Assembly (NCBI RefSeq): GCF_000281045.1 | Contig: NW_008246070.1 | Location: 1,162,193 to 1,226,192, forward strand | DNA from: Saprolegnia diclina VS20 | Lineage: Eukaryota | Direction of reading: 5' to 3' | Length of the DNA stretch: 64,000 bases | Shown here: piece after piece, positions 46,866 to 58,461 of the stretch | Position numbering within the stretch: the stretch's first letter is position 1 | Layout of the letters: each line of letters starts with the position of its first letter | Made by a program: the position numbers and the translations under genes | Notes under the pieces: generated by a model | What the model was told of the DNA's origin: nothing | The model's input: the letters and a program-made list of their open reading frames with translations, nothing else | Database searches by the model: none

Positions 46866-48474
46866 TCAACTTTCAGGGCGCACGTGGTGAAACTTGTCGA
46901 AATCGATCGTGACGCCGCCGCGCGAGGTGTTGCGAGAGACGCACGTGTCAAAGACGCAGTGCCACTGCAGATCGTGCAACGTGTACGAATAGCGCGCCTG
47001 CGCAAGGTATCAATCTTTCAATCTTTCAACATGGCTGCGTACCTGCATTGTATTGGACGTCGTGCTGTCTTCGCCCTCGAGGATCACGAGCACTTCGAGC
47101 TCCGACGTCGCCAAGTGCCGACGGATCTGCTCTTCGGTTGGCGCCGACGGTTCAACCGCGCCGTGCTCGTAGTCGCGGTTACCGTTCTCGTGGTCAATCG
47201 CGCGCTGGCATGGGTCTATGCAGGAGACACGATCGCGTTGAATGCTTCGGCGAGGGTCGGTAAATACCCGGGAACCCGGGGCACGTCGAGGCGTAGTAGT
47301 CTCTCGGGAGGCACTCGCGCGGGAAGAGCGGGCTCCACTGGTCAATGCGGTGCACCTATCCACCCCACTCACGCCCGCTCTTAGGCAGCGATTGCTTTGT
47401 ACCACGAGCTGCGGGAGCGCCATGAGGAGGTAGGCACCAATGTCGTCGTCCGGCTGCTGCAGCCGCATGTGGTGCGTCTGAAACAGCGCTTCTTCCGTGC
47501 CGTCCGGTGCAATCTCGTGGCGAATGCCATAGCACCGGACATGGGCCTCGACGAGCTAGTCCAGTGCTGCTGCTCGCCTGCAAGCGTATAGAAGCAAGTT
47601 GCTACCTGGTGCTTCCGGCGTTCGCACACTTGAAACATGAGGTAGTAGCTGCCGCGGATCTTGCGAATGACCGCGTCCTTGGAGAAGACGATCGAGAGCG
47701 CGCGCGTCTAGCCAAATGACGCGTTGAGCGTCATGAGATCGACGTCGCCACGTACGTCGGCGCGCGAGAAGCGAACAAAGAACATGCCAATGAGAATCGA
47801 ATCCAGAAAGATGCCGGCAAACGACTAGGCCACCGTCCGACTAACTATAAAGAAGGACAGTAGAAGAGAGTACCTCCATCGTCAGCAGAAACGCCATCGA
47901 GCCACAGCCGCCGTAAAAAATGTCGTCGGACGGCGCGCCATACCCAATCGTCATCTGTCATGAGGTTGGAGGGACAGTAGCAGAGTAGGTGGCCGCGTAC
48001 AATGGTTTCCACCGAGAAGATGTAGGCTTCGGTGAGGCTCGTAATCCCGACATGGCATTCCGGGTCCTTGAGCGACACGGTCTGGTACGCAAGCGCGAAG
48101 AAGAAGATGACGAAAGCATACTAGACTGCGATTTTGGCATGTGCGCTAGTGTGGCTGTACGTACAACGACAAAGACGGCCGTGACGAGGCGCACGGTGCG
48201 CGTGTTGATGACCGTGTGGTACAAGTCGTCCCAGTAGATCTGGCGCCACGAGCCCCCGACGCGCTCAATACTAGCATATTGCGAGATTGCACTTCGCGTT
48301 GGGCGATAAGCATGCCACTTACTTGTACTTGCCAAAGGACATTTGGCCGAGGAGGCCGTACTGGCTCTCGGGAATCGCGTGGTCGCCGCCGCGATCAAGG
48401 AACCGCGTCGTCTGGCGAGGTCCTTGCTTGTGCGTCGGCAGAAGCGGCTGGGCCGCGCCTATCGATTTGCCCAT
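46866..48474 (-). CDS. Inward-rectifier potassium channel (Kir)
   Basis: 'DDLYHTVIN', 'AYIFSVETI/MTIGYG' selectivity filter, 'GMFFVRFSR', 'FSKDAVI', 'EVLVILEG', 'ARYSY', 'IDFDKFH'. Confidence 0.9.
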
Positions 48475-48657
48475 CGAAATGTGATCGCAACTGCCTTCTC
48501 TTTCTCGTCGCTTACTCGATTCCATTATACTATACAGAGATTCAGTAGTGCGTATCTTTCGTCAACCGACATTCTCAAATAAGCAACAATCTAAGTCTTT
48601 TCTTCCTTCTTACTCCATAACTACACTAGCTCGTCCCGTGAGGCGCGCGCGTGGCGC

Positions 48658-50658
48658 CTACAACTCGACGGTGCGTCCTGCTTTGCGCAATAGCGTGTCC
48701 CGGCGCAGCTGCCGAATCACACTCCGAAGCGCATGGACTGTGGACTGCGCTTGCTGGTCGCCGAGGAGGCCTTGCACCCGCGGGTGCCCGAGCTGGTCCT
48801 CGACCGCCATGATCATTTGCACAAACGCCTCGTCGCCGACCCACGGCGTCGGCGGCGGCGGGTCCAAGAGCGAGTTCGTGGGCGAGTCGAGACGGAGCGA
48901 CGGCGCGTGGAGGAGCTCGTCAATGTCGCGCTGGATCTCCTCGCGGAGCACGCGCGAGTCGTTGTCGTCGATCGCCATCCACTCGACAATCTCGGTCGAG
49001 ATTTCGCCGTACGTCGCGTTGAGCGATATGCACGAGAGCATCGCACACATGTCGTGGACGATGTGGCACTCCTTGTGGTCGCTCATGCGGTCCAGACCCG
49101 GCACGAGCGTCGAGAGCGCCCAGCTGTTTTGAATCGTGTCGCGCGACAGCGACTCCCACGCCGCCTTGATCGTGACCATCGCGTCAAAGAGGTGCGGCGA
49201 CCGGCCGTACGCAATGCCAGCCGCGCCCTTGGGCACGAGCATCCGCGCCTTTTGCTCGAGCTCCAGCCGCTTTTGGTCGCCGAGCGAGAGGACCGAAATC
49301 AAGTCGGAAAAGATCGCAAACTTGAACTCTTTCTTGAGCGCGTCGATAATGCCGAGGTTCATGGGCTGGAAGCGCGAGCCCATGTTGAGCGGCACAAACA
49401 TCGACGTGACTTGGTCAATGGCAAACTCCATGTTCTGGGCGCCGTGCTCGAGCAGGAGCAAGACCGGCTCGTTCGTGCGGAGCTTGACCTCGGGCATAAA
49501 GACGTTTTGGCACCAATGGTTGAAGATGGTCGAGTCCATCCACGCCTTCACTTGGGACGCGTAGTGGATTGGCAGCGACTTGTAACCCGCCGAGACGGGC
49601 GACTTTTCCTTGCCGACCATGAGAATCGGAATCTTGTGCGTGCCCGTCGCGTTCGTGCAAACGACGAGCGTGACGCGCTCCATCTTGCGCTGCGTCACTT
49701 CCGCGCTCTCAAACGGACAGAGCACGTTGTAGGACGGCACGAGCTGGTAGAAAAGACTCGTCTCGCACATGTTGTAGATGCGGTCGGGCGAGTATTGCAA
49801 AATCTTTTCGCGGAGCTGCTTCATTTGCAGCTGCAGATCCATGTTGCTGAGGCTGTTGACGTACTGGCCCGGGCTCGTCGTCGGGTGCGGCGGCAGGTTG
49901 AAGCGCGAACAAAACTTGTTGTACCATGCGACCGACGGCTTGTACTCGGTGGCCGGGTACTTTTCCGCGAGCTCCTTTGCCTTGCGCTGGATGAGCGACG
50001 GCGCGACCATGACGTTGCGCGACTGGAGCGCCGTGACCCAGCCGTAAAGCTCCGAGTCAAACGTCGACGTGACCTCCATGTGCAGTGGCGCTGGCGGTGG
50101 CTTCTTGCGCTCGGGACGCGCGGCCGACGATGTGCTCGGAAGCGGCCCCGTGGGCAGCCCCGTGCCCGCGACGCGCTCGAGAATTTTGTCTTTTTTCTGC
50201 AGCAGCTGCCGGATCGCGGCCTCCGAGATGTTGTAGCGTCGGCCGAGCTCGACCTTCTTGATCGTCGGGTCGCGCTCGACGGCGCGGATGATGTCGATGC
50301 GCTGCTTGTCATTGAGGCGTAGCTTGCCCTTCCGGCCACCGCGGCCGAGGTTCGCCGTCGGTATCGGCGGCTGGCCCGTCGGCAAGATGTTGGCCGGGAT
50401 CTCCTCGATGCCGGTCGGTCTGTCGTCATGGCTGTTGGGGTTGGACTTGAGGTATCGGTCGAGGATCGCGTCCTTCTTCTGGAGGAGCTGGCGGATGGCC
50501 GCCTCCGTGATGTTGTAGCGCCGACCGAGCTCGACGTTCTTGAGCGTCGGATCCCGCTCGACAGCGCGGATGATGTCGATGCGTTGCTGGTCCGTGAGCC
50601 GATGGCGCTCCTTCTTGATGCCCTTGGCGTCTCCGGACCCGGCCCCTTGCGCGTTCAT
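48658..50658 (-). CDS. pogo/Tigger-derived CENP-B-like protein (2x N-terminal HTH, Tc5-type HTH, DDE_1 fold with degenerate catalytic triad)
   Basis: Intronless ORF with two 'RL..QRIDIIRAVE...LGRRYNI.EAAIRQLL' HTHs, 'LYGWV...IQRKAKELA...SVAWYNKFCSRF', 'ERVTLVVCTNATGTHKIPILMVGK', 'AWMDSTIFNHW', 'AAWE...IQNSW'. Confidence 0.9.
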   Translation of the reverse strand: MNAQGAGSGDAKGIKKERHRLTDQQRIDIIRAVERDPTLKNVELGRRYNITEAAIRQLLQKKDAILDRYLKSNPNSHDDRPTGIEEIPANILPTGQPPIPTANLGRGGRKGKLRLNDKQRIDIIRAVERDPTIKKVELGRRYNISEAAIRQLLQKKDKILERVAGTGLPTGPLPSTSSAARPERKKPPPAPLHMEVTSTFDSELYGWVTALQSRNVMVAPSLIQRKAKELAEKYPATEYKPSVAWYNKFCSRFNLPPHPTTSPGQYVNSLSNMDLQLQMKQLREKILQYSPDRIYNMCETSLFYQLVPSYNVLCPFESAEVTQRKMERVTLVVCTNATGTHKIPILMVGKEKSPVSAGYKSLPIHYASQVKAWMDSTIFNHWCQNVFMPEVKLRTNEPVLLLLEHGAQNMEFAIDQVTSMFVPLNMGSRFQPMNLGIIDALKKEFKFAIFSDLISVLSLGDQKRLELEQKARMLVPKGAAGIAYGRSPHLFDAMVTIKAAWESLSRDTIQNSWALSTLVPGLDRMSDHKECHIVHDMCAMLSCISLNATYGEISTEIVEWMAIDDNDSRVLREEIQRDIDELLHAPSLRLDSPTNSLLDPPPPTPWVGDEAFVQMIMAVEDQLGHPRVQGLLGDQQAQSTVHALRSVIRQLRRDTLLRKAGRTVEL

Positions 50659-51282
50659 GCTGCCTTCGACGGTCCGAAAACTTCGGGGCAATATCCAAAT
50701 ACTTCGAACGGCTCGAAGTAAACACTGGTTGCACAGTTGAGCTCGCCTAAGTGCGCTCCAAAGAACTGGCACTTTGCGTGCAAAAGTGCGAGCTTTGTCA
50801 ATCGCACTTAGCAGGGACCATTCAAGTTTTCAAATGCATCGCCGATCGTCAGGACGACCAGGCGCAAGCATGCTCCAAGCGACGAGCCAGTCGGTCAATG
50901 GACCATTCCCGGAGGCGGTCTCGACTGCGTACATAAGCCTAACGGCTGAATCGCCCGCGCCGTCGGGGCGATGATTCTACCCTTCGAGATCTGTTGCGAC
51001 CGGCATGCGGTAGAAAGGCCACCGTCAAGGACGTGCGAGAGAGCCGAGCTGCTTCGCCCGGAAAAAGCGAGTAAGTACTGATAGTCGAGTACTTATAGCA
51101 GTGTGAACGCCGCTCATTGGACATCGATGCCATTAGCTGTCGTCGCTGTGACGCATGGAGTACGTCGTAGACGCGCCTGCGTGTCGTGCTGGCGGTTGTA
51201 GTGAAGTCCATCACATCGAGGAGAAAACAATCGAAGCTGGTCATGCAAAGTCAAATATAATCGAAAAAGCTACGAGTGGTGT

Positions 51283-52013
51283 CTACTTGTATGCGAGTTC
51301 GGCAATCGACGAGCTCCAGTCCGGTGCGTTCTCAAAGCCGTTGCGGCCAAAGTTGTAGTCTTGGATCGTTGCTTGGAGCTCGGCGCGCGTCGTCATGACA
51401 AATGGACCGTACTGCTCGATGGGCTCGTTGATGGGCTTGCCGCTGAGCACGACGCACTGCATGTCGCCCGTGGTCTCGAGCGTGACGCCGTCTTCGTTGC
51501 CGTCCGCCGAGAGCAAAACCACCGAGTGCGGCTCGACGCGCGTGCCACCGATGGAGCCTTCGCCCGAGATGATATACACGAACGCATTGTGGTCCTTCGG
51601 CAGCGCATGCGAGTGCGACGCTGCGCCGGAAAAGATAAAGTGGACGTACGTGATCGGGACGTTGGTAAAGACGTTGGCGGTCGCGCCCATGGCTTGGCCC
51701 GCAATCACGATCGCCTCGACGTTACCTTCCTTGACGCGCGGGAGACCCTTGGCCGGAATCTCCTGGTATTTCGGCTCGGTCATCTTGAGCGACTTGGGCA
51801 AATTGAGCCAGAGCTGGAGGCCAATCGCGGGCTTGTTGCGGCTCGCAGGCATCTCCGAGTGGACAATACCGCGGCCAGGGCACATCCACTGGAGGTCGCC
51901 GGGCGCGAGCTCGCCGCGGTGGCCGCAAAAGTCTTCGTGGAGCATCATGCCGGGCGAGTGCGGCAAGAGGTACGTGATGGTCTCAAAGCCGCGGTGCGGG
52001 TGGTCGGGAAACC
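51283..52013 (-). CDS. Pirin (bicupin); 5' part hidden in gap
   Basis: 'FPDHPHRGFETITY', 'HEDFCG', 'QWMCPGRGIVHSEMP', 'LQLWLNLP', 'EPIEQYGPFVM'. Confidence 0.95.
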
Positions 52014-52272
52014 NNNNNNNNNNNNNNNNNNNNNNNNNNNNNNNNNNNNNNNNNNNNNNNNNNNNNNNNNNNNNNNNNNNNNNNNNNNNNNNNNNNNNNN
52101 NNNNNNNNNNNNNNNNNNNNNNNNNNNNNNNNNNNNNNNNNNNNNNNNNNNNNNNNNNNNNNNNNNNNNNNNNNNNNNNNNNNNNNNNNNNNNNNNNNNN
52201 NNNNNNNNNNNNNNNNNNNNNNNNNNNNNNNNNNNNNNNNNNNNNNNNNNNNNNNNNNNNNNNNNNNNNNNN
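52014..52272. other. Assembly gap (259 N)
   Basis: Run of n. Confidence 1.
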
Positions 52273-52451
52273 TGATTGGTCTATTTCGATGACACTGACC
52301 AAGGAAGTATTTTCCAGCGTCCCAGGCAGCTCCTTCCACCTCCGACGCGCGAGGTAAGCGACGTAGCCGTCCGGACGGCGCTTCCAGAAAGGGTGAGAAG
52401 ACAGAGATCGCGTTTGTTGTGAAACAACTCTAAGAGCGCCAAACGAATCCT

Positions 52452-53063
52452 CTAGAGCTTGGACGCGTAGTACGCATGCAGCTTGTCGCTCTTGCGAAGC
52501 GCTGTGACGAGTGCCTCCAGCTTCGGGTAGGCTTGGGTCGGCACGGTGATTTGGCCTGGGAAGCCGGCAACGACGTTGTCAAAGAGGTCGAGAAGGTAAA
52601 TGTCGGCAAACGAGAGCGACTCGCCGGCAAAGTAGTCGCCAGCAAGCCGCCGCTCGAGCGCCGCCAGTGCATTTGGCAGCACGTTCGTGTTCAAGTGCGC
52701 AAGCTTTGTCGCTCGCGTCTCCGCGTCCATCTTGGCGTATACGACGGGGCAGACTTCCGAGTAGACGTCGCTAATGGCGTCGACGACGCTGTCGGCCGCG
52801 AGCGCGAGGAGCGCGTTGGACGGGTACAAACCGACGCGCTTGGCCACGTAGCGCGCGATCGCAATACTCTGCGCAAACACCTTGCCGTCCACGTGGAGCG
52901 TTGGCACTTGGTTGAACGGAAGGTCCAGCTCGGCTTTCGCCGCAAAGTACTCGCGGAACGAGTAGCGGGTCTCGCTGAGCGGCAGGTCGCCGTACGCGCA
53001 GAGCAGCCGCGTGAGCTCGCCCCGCGCCGGGATGTTCAAGTAGTTGAGGTGGAGCTCCGCCAT
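52452..53063 (-). CDS. Glutathione S-transferase (sigma-like)
   Basis: 'LNYLNIPARGELTRL', 'LPFNQVPTL', 'QSIAIARYVA', 'LSFADI', 'YPKL'. Confidence 0.93.
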   Translation of the reverse strand: MAELHLNYLNIPARGELTRLLCAYGDLPLSETRYSFREYFAAKAELDLPFNQVPTLHVDGKVFAQSIAIARYVAKRVGLYPSNALLALAADSVVDAISDVYSEVCPVVYAKMDAETRATKLAHLNTNVLPNALAALERRLAGDYFAGESLSFADIYLLDLFDNVVAGFPGQITVPTQAYPKLEALVTALRKSDKLHAYYASKL

Positions 53064-53494
53064 TTTGGGATATGGCCAGTCGATCTTGTACAATTATATG
53101 GTGCTGAGTATACCATAGACAACCTGGTACATTTGAAGTAGTGCAAACTCGGTGATGCCATCGCTCAACACAACCTTGGACCGAGCGAGTCTCCAGGACG
53201 CTGCAGCTACCCAGTGGACGATTAATAATAATAAGCACCCGAGTCTGGGAGGATGTAAAAGCACAGCAGCATTTTGGCTACGCTCAATGGCGGACGAGCT
53301 ACATGCCGACACGTCTGCGCTAGAGCCTCCCACATCTCCACACGAGTGCATTGCCTTCTTAATAGCATCGGTTCGGCAGCATGTACTGTACATGTATGCA
53401 CACCTTGCCCTTGCCTTCACGTGCATACGCATGTATTCAATATCCCATACCACTACGTCGAGAGCTGGATATTGCTAGCGCCAACAATAAGATC

Positions 53495-55378
53495 TTAGTG
53501 CTTGGTCGCGTCGTCGAGGATCGAGTAGTAGAACGAGGCGGGCTTGGCCGGCGGCGCGTGCTTTTCGAGCACACGGGCCAAATGCAGCAGTTCGTGCTCG
53601 TTGTAGTGAAAGGTCTGCAGCAGCATCGAGAGCGGCAGCTTGGCGTCGGCCGAGTACCCGATAGGCACCGTCAACGACGGAATGCCGGCAAAGTTGCCGA
53701 GGATGATGTAGCGCATGAGCGCAATCGTCAAACTCAAGTCGCTCAGACCCGACGCAAAGACATCGGGCGTCAACGCCGGCGCCGCGACGCCCGTCGTCGG
53801 GGTCAGCAAAACGTCGATCGATTGGAAGAGCTCTTTTGTGACGCGCATCGCGTAGCCTCGGATGCGCTGTGCCGCGACAAAGTCCATGCTCGTAAACACG
53901 CTGCGGCTAAACTGGAGCGTGATCTGGACTTCGGGCGAGAAGGACGCGATCTTGTCGTAGTGCGCATCAGCGTTGAGCGCCTCTTCGCTCACAATCGTGA
54001 CCGAGTGGCTAAAGTGAATCGCCTGCAAGTTGGGAATCTTGACGTCGACGAGCGTCGCGCCGAGCGACTCGAGGTGCCGCGCGGTGGTCCAGAACGCCGC
54101 CACAATCTCGGGGTCGGTGCCTTGGAGGTACTCGCGGAAGATGCCGACGCGCACGCCCTGAAGCGATGTCGACTCGAGCGCAGTCGCGTCAATGTGCACG
54201 GGCGGCTGGAGCTGGCTCATCGGCAGCGTCGCGTCGGGGCCCGACATGATGGCGTACGCGAGGGCTGTGTCTTGGACAGACCCCGCGATTGGCCCCACAT
54301 ACGCCAAGCTCGGCGACGCAGGAAAGTAACACGGGATGCGCTGGTAGCTCGGCTTCAAGCCCACGACGCCGCAGAGACCGGCAGGGATGCGGATCGAGCC
54401 GCCGCCGTCGACACCGATCGCGAGGGGCACCAAGCCCGCCGCGACGGCTGCGGCCGACCCGCTCGAGGACCCGCCCGTCATGTGGTTCTCGTTGTACGGG
54501 TTGCGCACGGTGCCGTGCGACGGGTTGATACCGGTCGTGCCGAGGCCACACTCGTGCATGTTGGTCTTGCCGACAAAGAGCGCGCCGGCCGCCCGGAGAC
54601 GCGCAATTGGCGGGGCATCCCGCGCTACGGGGCCGTTGAGAGGACCGAGAAAGCCCGTGCCGTACGTCGAGTTGTAGCCCGCGAGGTCGACCTACGCAGC
54701 GAATGATAAGACAAAAGAGTGGCAGTCGCGACCCACCTCGTCTTTGACGGCGACGGGCACACCATCCAGCACGCCCATGGGTTTGCCTGCAGCGTACCGC
54801 GCCAAGGACGCCGCAGCCTCACGCAAAACTTCGTCGGTTTTGACTTCAATGAACGCACGCAGCGGAATCGGCCGGGCATCCGACTCGGCGATCGCGGCCA
54901 AAACGGCTTTCGCCACTTGCAGCGGCGTCACGGCGCCCGACTTGTACTTGTCCGTGTAGTCCTGGATCGTCCAGCGCTGGAAGGCAAGGTTCTCGCCAAT
55001 GGGTGCAAACTTGAGATCGTTGATGTCAAACCCGGTGGCCTTGGCGTCGTGGGCCGCACGCTCGTCGGCGCTGAGCACGTGCACGGGATAGTACATGGGT
55101 GAGTCTGTCACGGTCGACGCAAACTCGCGCACGGCAATGACGTCGTTGTCGGCGCGGAGCACCTGGAGCACGAGGCGGCCGATCACGGGCACGCGCGTGA
55201 GCTGCGCAAACAGGCGGATGCCGACGCCCGACAAGCGCGGGCTCACGATGGCACGGAGATCCATGGTGTCGCCTGGGAACTTGGCGGCGATGGCATCCGA
55301 CGAGCCGATGAGCTCATCGCGCGTTGCGAGGACGAGGATGGCGACGACGGCCACGGCGATCGCACTCGACCACTGCAT
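53495..55378 (-). CDS. Amidase-signature enzyme (fatty acid amide hydrolase-like)
   Basis: 'LDGVPVAVKDE', 'GKTNMHE', 'GGSSSGSAAAVA', 'GVDGGGSIRIPA'; one intron ~54692-54736; N-terminal hydrophobic anchor. Confidence 0.93.
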
Positions 55379-56158
55379 CTTTCAAAGTGACCGCAGATCG
55401 CAACGCGATCCAGGGCGGTTGACACAGGTTTTTTAGACGTTGATGCGCAAGGAGCGTCACCCCGCCGCCGACCAGAGTAGGTTTTATCCGGACATTGATA
55501 TCCGGATGCGGTGTCGAAGGGACGGTGTGTCGACTCGACAAGCGTTGCCCTCGACAGCGAATCGGGAAGGACACGACTACACTTACCCAATGCTATAGTA
55601 TACATTCCATTTCGCCTCATCAAGTCGAGGCTTGCGTTCGTCATCGCGATGACAAATCGGTGCGGTTGCGGGGAAAAGCCGCAGCGATTAGGGTTGCTGC
55701 ATATCGTTGACGCGATAGTTTTGTCGGGCATGTAGTTTTCTGTGCGCGATCGCAGGGACACACGACCAGATACACCGAGCCGACCAAGGCCTTTGTGGCA
55801 CATATTTATCGATCAGCCTTGTTCAACCTTGGCAATTACTGATAACGAGTGCCCCAAACCATTGTTGTGCTTGCAAATGTGATGACTTTCCTGTCAGACG
55901 ACTCCATCTGCCCGACTAGCTTCAACAAGCTCTTGCTACAACCCATTTAATCTGTACAAGGACGCAATCTAGTTCACCCAGACTCCCTGAACCAAGCGTT
56001 GTGCTCGGCCCCCACCGCTTTCGTCTTGCCTGTGTCCCTTCGAACAGCTCTACGAACTCTAAGAACCGAGTGACGATGCAGAAGCATGGTATTATTTGGT
56101 GTGTACAACGGAATGGTTAGATAACATTTGAAGACATTAGAGTACGCACACCTGTGGC

Positions 56159-58408
56159 CTACATGGCGGACGCCAGATACAAGGCCCACGCACGCGTGAG
56201 GCCGTCGTCCATGGGCACCTTCTGGAGCATGTCGAGTGCGACGTCGGGGTTGACACTGGCGTAGTTGAGGTACAAAAGCGATGCCCACGCGTTGTCGACT
56301 TGCTTCTTGGCAATGAGCGGGAGCGGCGCAAGCACTTCGTCCCATTCTTCCTGGACAAACTTCTTGGTGCGGACGTACTCGGTCACGGGCGTCGTCGGGA
56401 TCATTTGGATGCCGTGGATGCAGTACTTTTCCGCGCTGAACCACGTCGCGTAGTCGGCCTTGTTGTCAAAGAAGATGCCGAGCACCTTGTTGGCGCGCAT
56501 CTCGATCGGCTGCACAATGTTGCCCGAGTCCATGAGGAAGTACGTCTTGACGACCCGTGCGTTGAGCGTCAACAGCAGCTGCCCGAGGCGCGCCATGGCG
56601 CTGTTCTTCGTCACGCTCCCAAAGAGTGCCATGCCGTAATGGAAGTTGATGTCTTCAGACGAGCTCTCTTGGTCCTTCCCGTCGGCGAGCGCGGTCACAC
56701 CGTGCGAGTACGAGTGACCCTTGTACCAATCAAACATGCGGAAGGTCGGGAACGCCTTATCGCAGCTGTCGGCGTTGGCCACGTCCCGCACGAGCGTTGC
56801 CGCGCGGGCATTGAGGTCGCTGAGGCGCGACCAGCTCGGGTGCACCTTGTTGACAATCGCAGCCGTCGCGATCCAGTAGCCGTAGTGGTAGTGGTGGTCG
56901 TTGTACATGGTGTTGCCAAAGTCCGCGTTGAGGTCCTTCTTGACAAAGCCCTCCGAGCTCACGATGCCCTTGTACACGCTGTCGTACACGAGCGGGTACG
57001 TCCACGTGTTGTCGATGAACGGGGCGAGGACGGTCTCGAGCTTCTTCTGGCAGCTGCGCAAGAGCGCCGTGTCGTCGCCAACGACCGCCTTGTCGGACGC
57101 AATGAGGCAGAGCGATGCGTACTTTTGGGCGGCCTTGCCGTTAAAGTAGTACGACCCACCGATCGCAAGCGTCCACGGCGACTCAACGTCGGCCTGGAGC
57201 GCCTTGAGAATGTTGCCCGACGCGACACGCGCCTTGTTCGGCGACTGGCGCGGGAAGAACGAGGCAGGTACGAGGTTCTTCTCGTCAAAGCGCCAGCTCT
57301 CCTTGGTCACGAGCGCAAAGAGCTTGCCGCGGGTCGTCGACTCGAGCGCGAGGCCGGACGCAGTGAGCCGCGTTGCGGACGACGGCGAGAGCGTATCAAT
57401 GTGGTGCTGCAAGCCAAAGTGCAAGAGACCCTTGGCGCACGCGCCTTCGGTCGCCCACTTGAACGTGTAGCTGGTCGTCGACGTCGTGACGCTGCCGCCG
57501 TGGACGATGCAGTCAGCGTACGCGTCATAGTCACTGCCATCACTGCCTTTCGCAGCCAGCGCGAGACGAACGGTTGTGCCCGTCGCGGGGGCCGTGGCCG
57601 TGAGCTCGGTCGATGACGTGAGCGACCACGAGAGTGGCGACGAGGCGTAGAGTACCCAAACCATGCCGTTGTCCATCGTCAGCGCGAGCTTCGAGGCGGA
57701 GGGGATCGAGGCGCCAGTCGACGCGGCCTGGCCGTTGACGCGCGTGATGCCGTGCGTCGTCGTGATGCGGGGTGTGAGGCCATTGTACTTGGCGCTGACG
57801 TACGCCATGCCGCTCACGAAGCTCGAGTCGACGCTCTTGCCGCCCGCGGACGCCGTGACGGTCACACCAAGGTCGTCCCACTTGCGGATCTGGAACGGCG
57901 TTGCGCCCGACGAGTTGAGCTCGGTGGCCGAGACAAAGAGGTCATTGCCGATGCCGTGCAGGTAGTAGCGCGGTGCTTTTCCGTTGCCCGAGGAGCCGCC
58001 AAAGACGCGACTCGACGGCGGGTACGACACGCCGATCGCATCGCGGTGCATGGCGACCGCATACGGGTTGGCCCATGCGCGCAGCTCGGCGTTGTCCTTT
58101 CCGGCGCTAATGAGGTTGCCCCACCAGCGGTTCGTCGGGATCGGGATGTCCTTGATGGATGCGTGGAGGTTGCGCGGCGGTGCGAGCCACGACTGGTCGG
58201 TCGACGTACGGTACATGGACGCAAGCGAGTCGGACCCGTTCGCAGCGACAGGCACGGGGCCCGAGCTCGAGCTCGAGCTCGAGCTCGAGTTGTCGCCCTT
58301 GGGCATGTCAATGCTCACGGGATGGCCGAGGCCGCCGCTGCCATGCGTCGGGTGATGGGCTGCCAAGAGAGGCGCGAGAAGCGCAGCGAGCGCAACGAAG
58401 AAGACCAT
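56159..58408 (-). CDS. Secreted endo-1,3-beta-glucanase, glycoside hydrolase family 81
   Basis: Signal peptide, 'PTNRWWGN', 'YYFNGK', 'YNDHHYHYGY', 'FDWYKGHSYSHG', 'DGKDQESSSED', 'IHGIQMIP'. Confidence 0.95.
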   Translation of the reverse strand: MVFFVALAALLAPLLAAHHPTHGSGGLGHPVSIDMPKGDNSSSSSSSSSGPVPVAANGSDSLASMYRTSTDQSWLAPPRNLHASIKDIPIPTNRWWGNLISAGKDNAELRAWANPYAVAMHRDAIGVSYPPSSRVFGGSSGNGKAPRYYLHGIGNDLFVSATELNSSGATPFQIRKWDDLGVTVTASAGGKSVDSSFVSGMAYVSAKYNGLTPRITTTHGITRVNGQAASTGASIPSASKLALTMDNGMVWVLYASSPLSWSLTSSTELTATAPATGTTVRLALAAKGSDGSDYDAYADCIVHGGSVTTSTTSYTFKWATEGACAKGLLHFGLQHHIDTLSPSSATRLTASGLALESTTRGKLFALVTKESWRFDEKNLVPASFFPRQSPNKARVASGNILKALQADVESPWTLAIGGSYYFNGKAAQKYASLCLIASDKAVVGDDTALLRSCQKKLETVLAPFIDNTWTYPLVYDSVYKGIVSSEGFVKKDLNADFGNTMYNDHHYHYGYWIATAAIVNKVHPSWSRLSDLNARAATLVRDVANADSCDKAFPTFRMFDWYKGHSYSHGVTALADGKDQESSSEDINFHYGMALFGSVTKNSAMARLGQLLLTLNARVVKTYFLMDSGNIVQPIEMRANKVLGIFFDNKADYATWFSAEKYCIHGIQMIPTTPVTEYVRTKKFVQEEWDEVLAPLPLIAKKQVDNAWASLLYLNYASVNPDVALDMLQKVPMDDGLTRAWALYLASAM
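58263..58289. repeat. (GAGCTC)n microsatellite encoding a poly-Ser linker in GH81
   Basis: Four tandem copies of the self-complementary hexamer. Confidence 0.9.
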
Positions 58409-58443
58409 AGCTCGCTTCTGTACAGTCGAGTGGTCGAGGCCAG

Positions 58444-58461
58444 GCAATTTGAACAATGAGC
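58444..58461 (-). promoter_or_regulatory. Oomycete initiator-like (INR/FPR) element upstream of GH81
   Basis: Minus strand reads GCTCATTGTTCAAATTGC about 35-50 nt upstream of the ATG, resembling the oomycete GCTCATTYBNNNWTTY core motif. A similar CTCATTTTGCTTTTG precedes the MFS ATG. Confidence 0.55.

Noticed and set aside
48658..50772. Active autonomous pogo transposon
   Set aside because: Catalytic Asp residues are substituted and no TIRs are visible.
58263..58289. Palindromic (GAGCTC)n as a regulatory hairpin
   Set aside because: It lies in frame and is explained by alternating TCG/AGC Ser codons in a linker.
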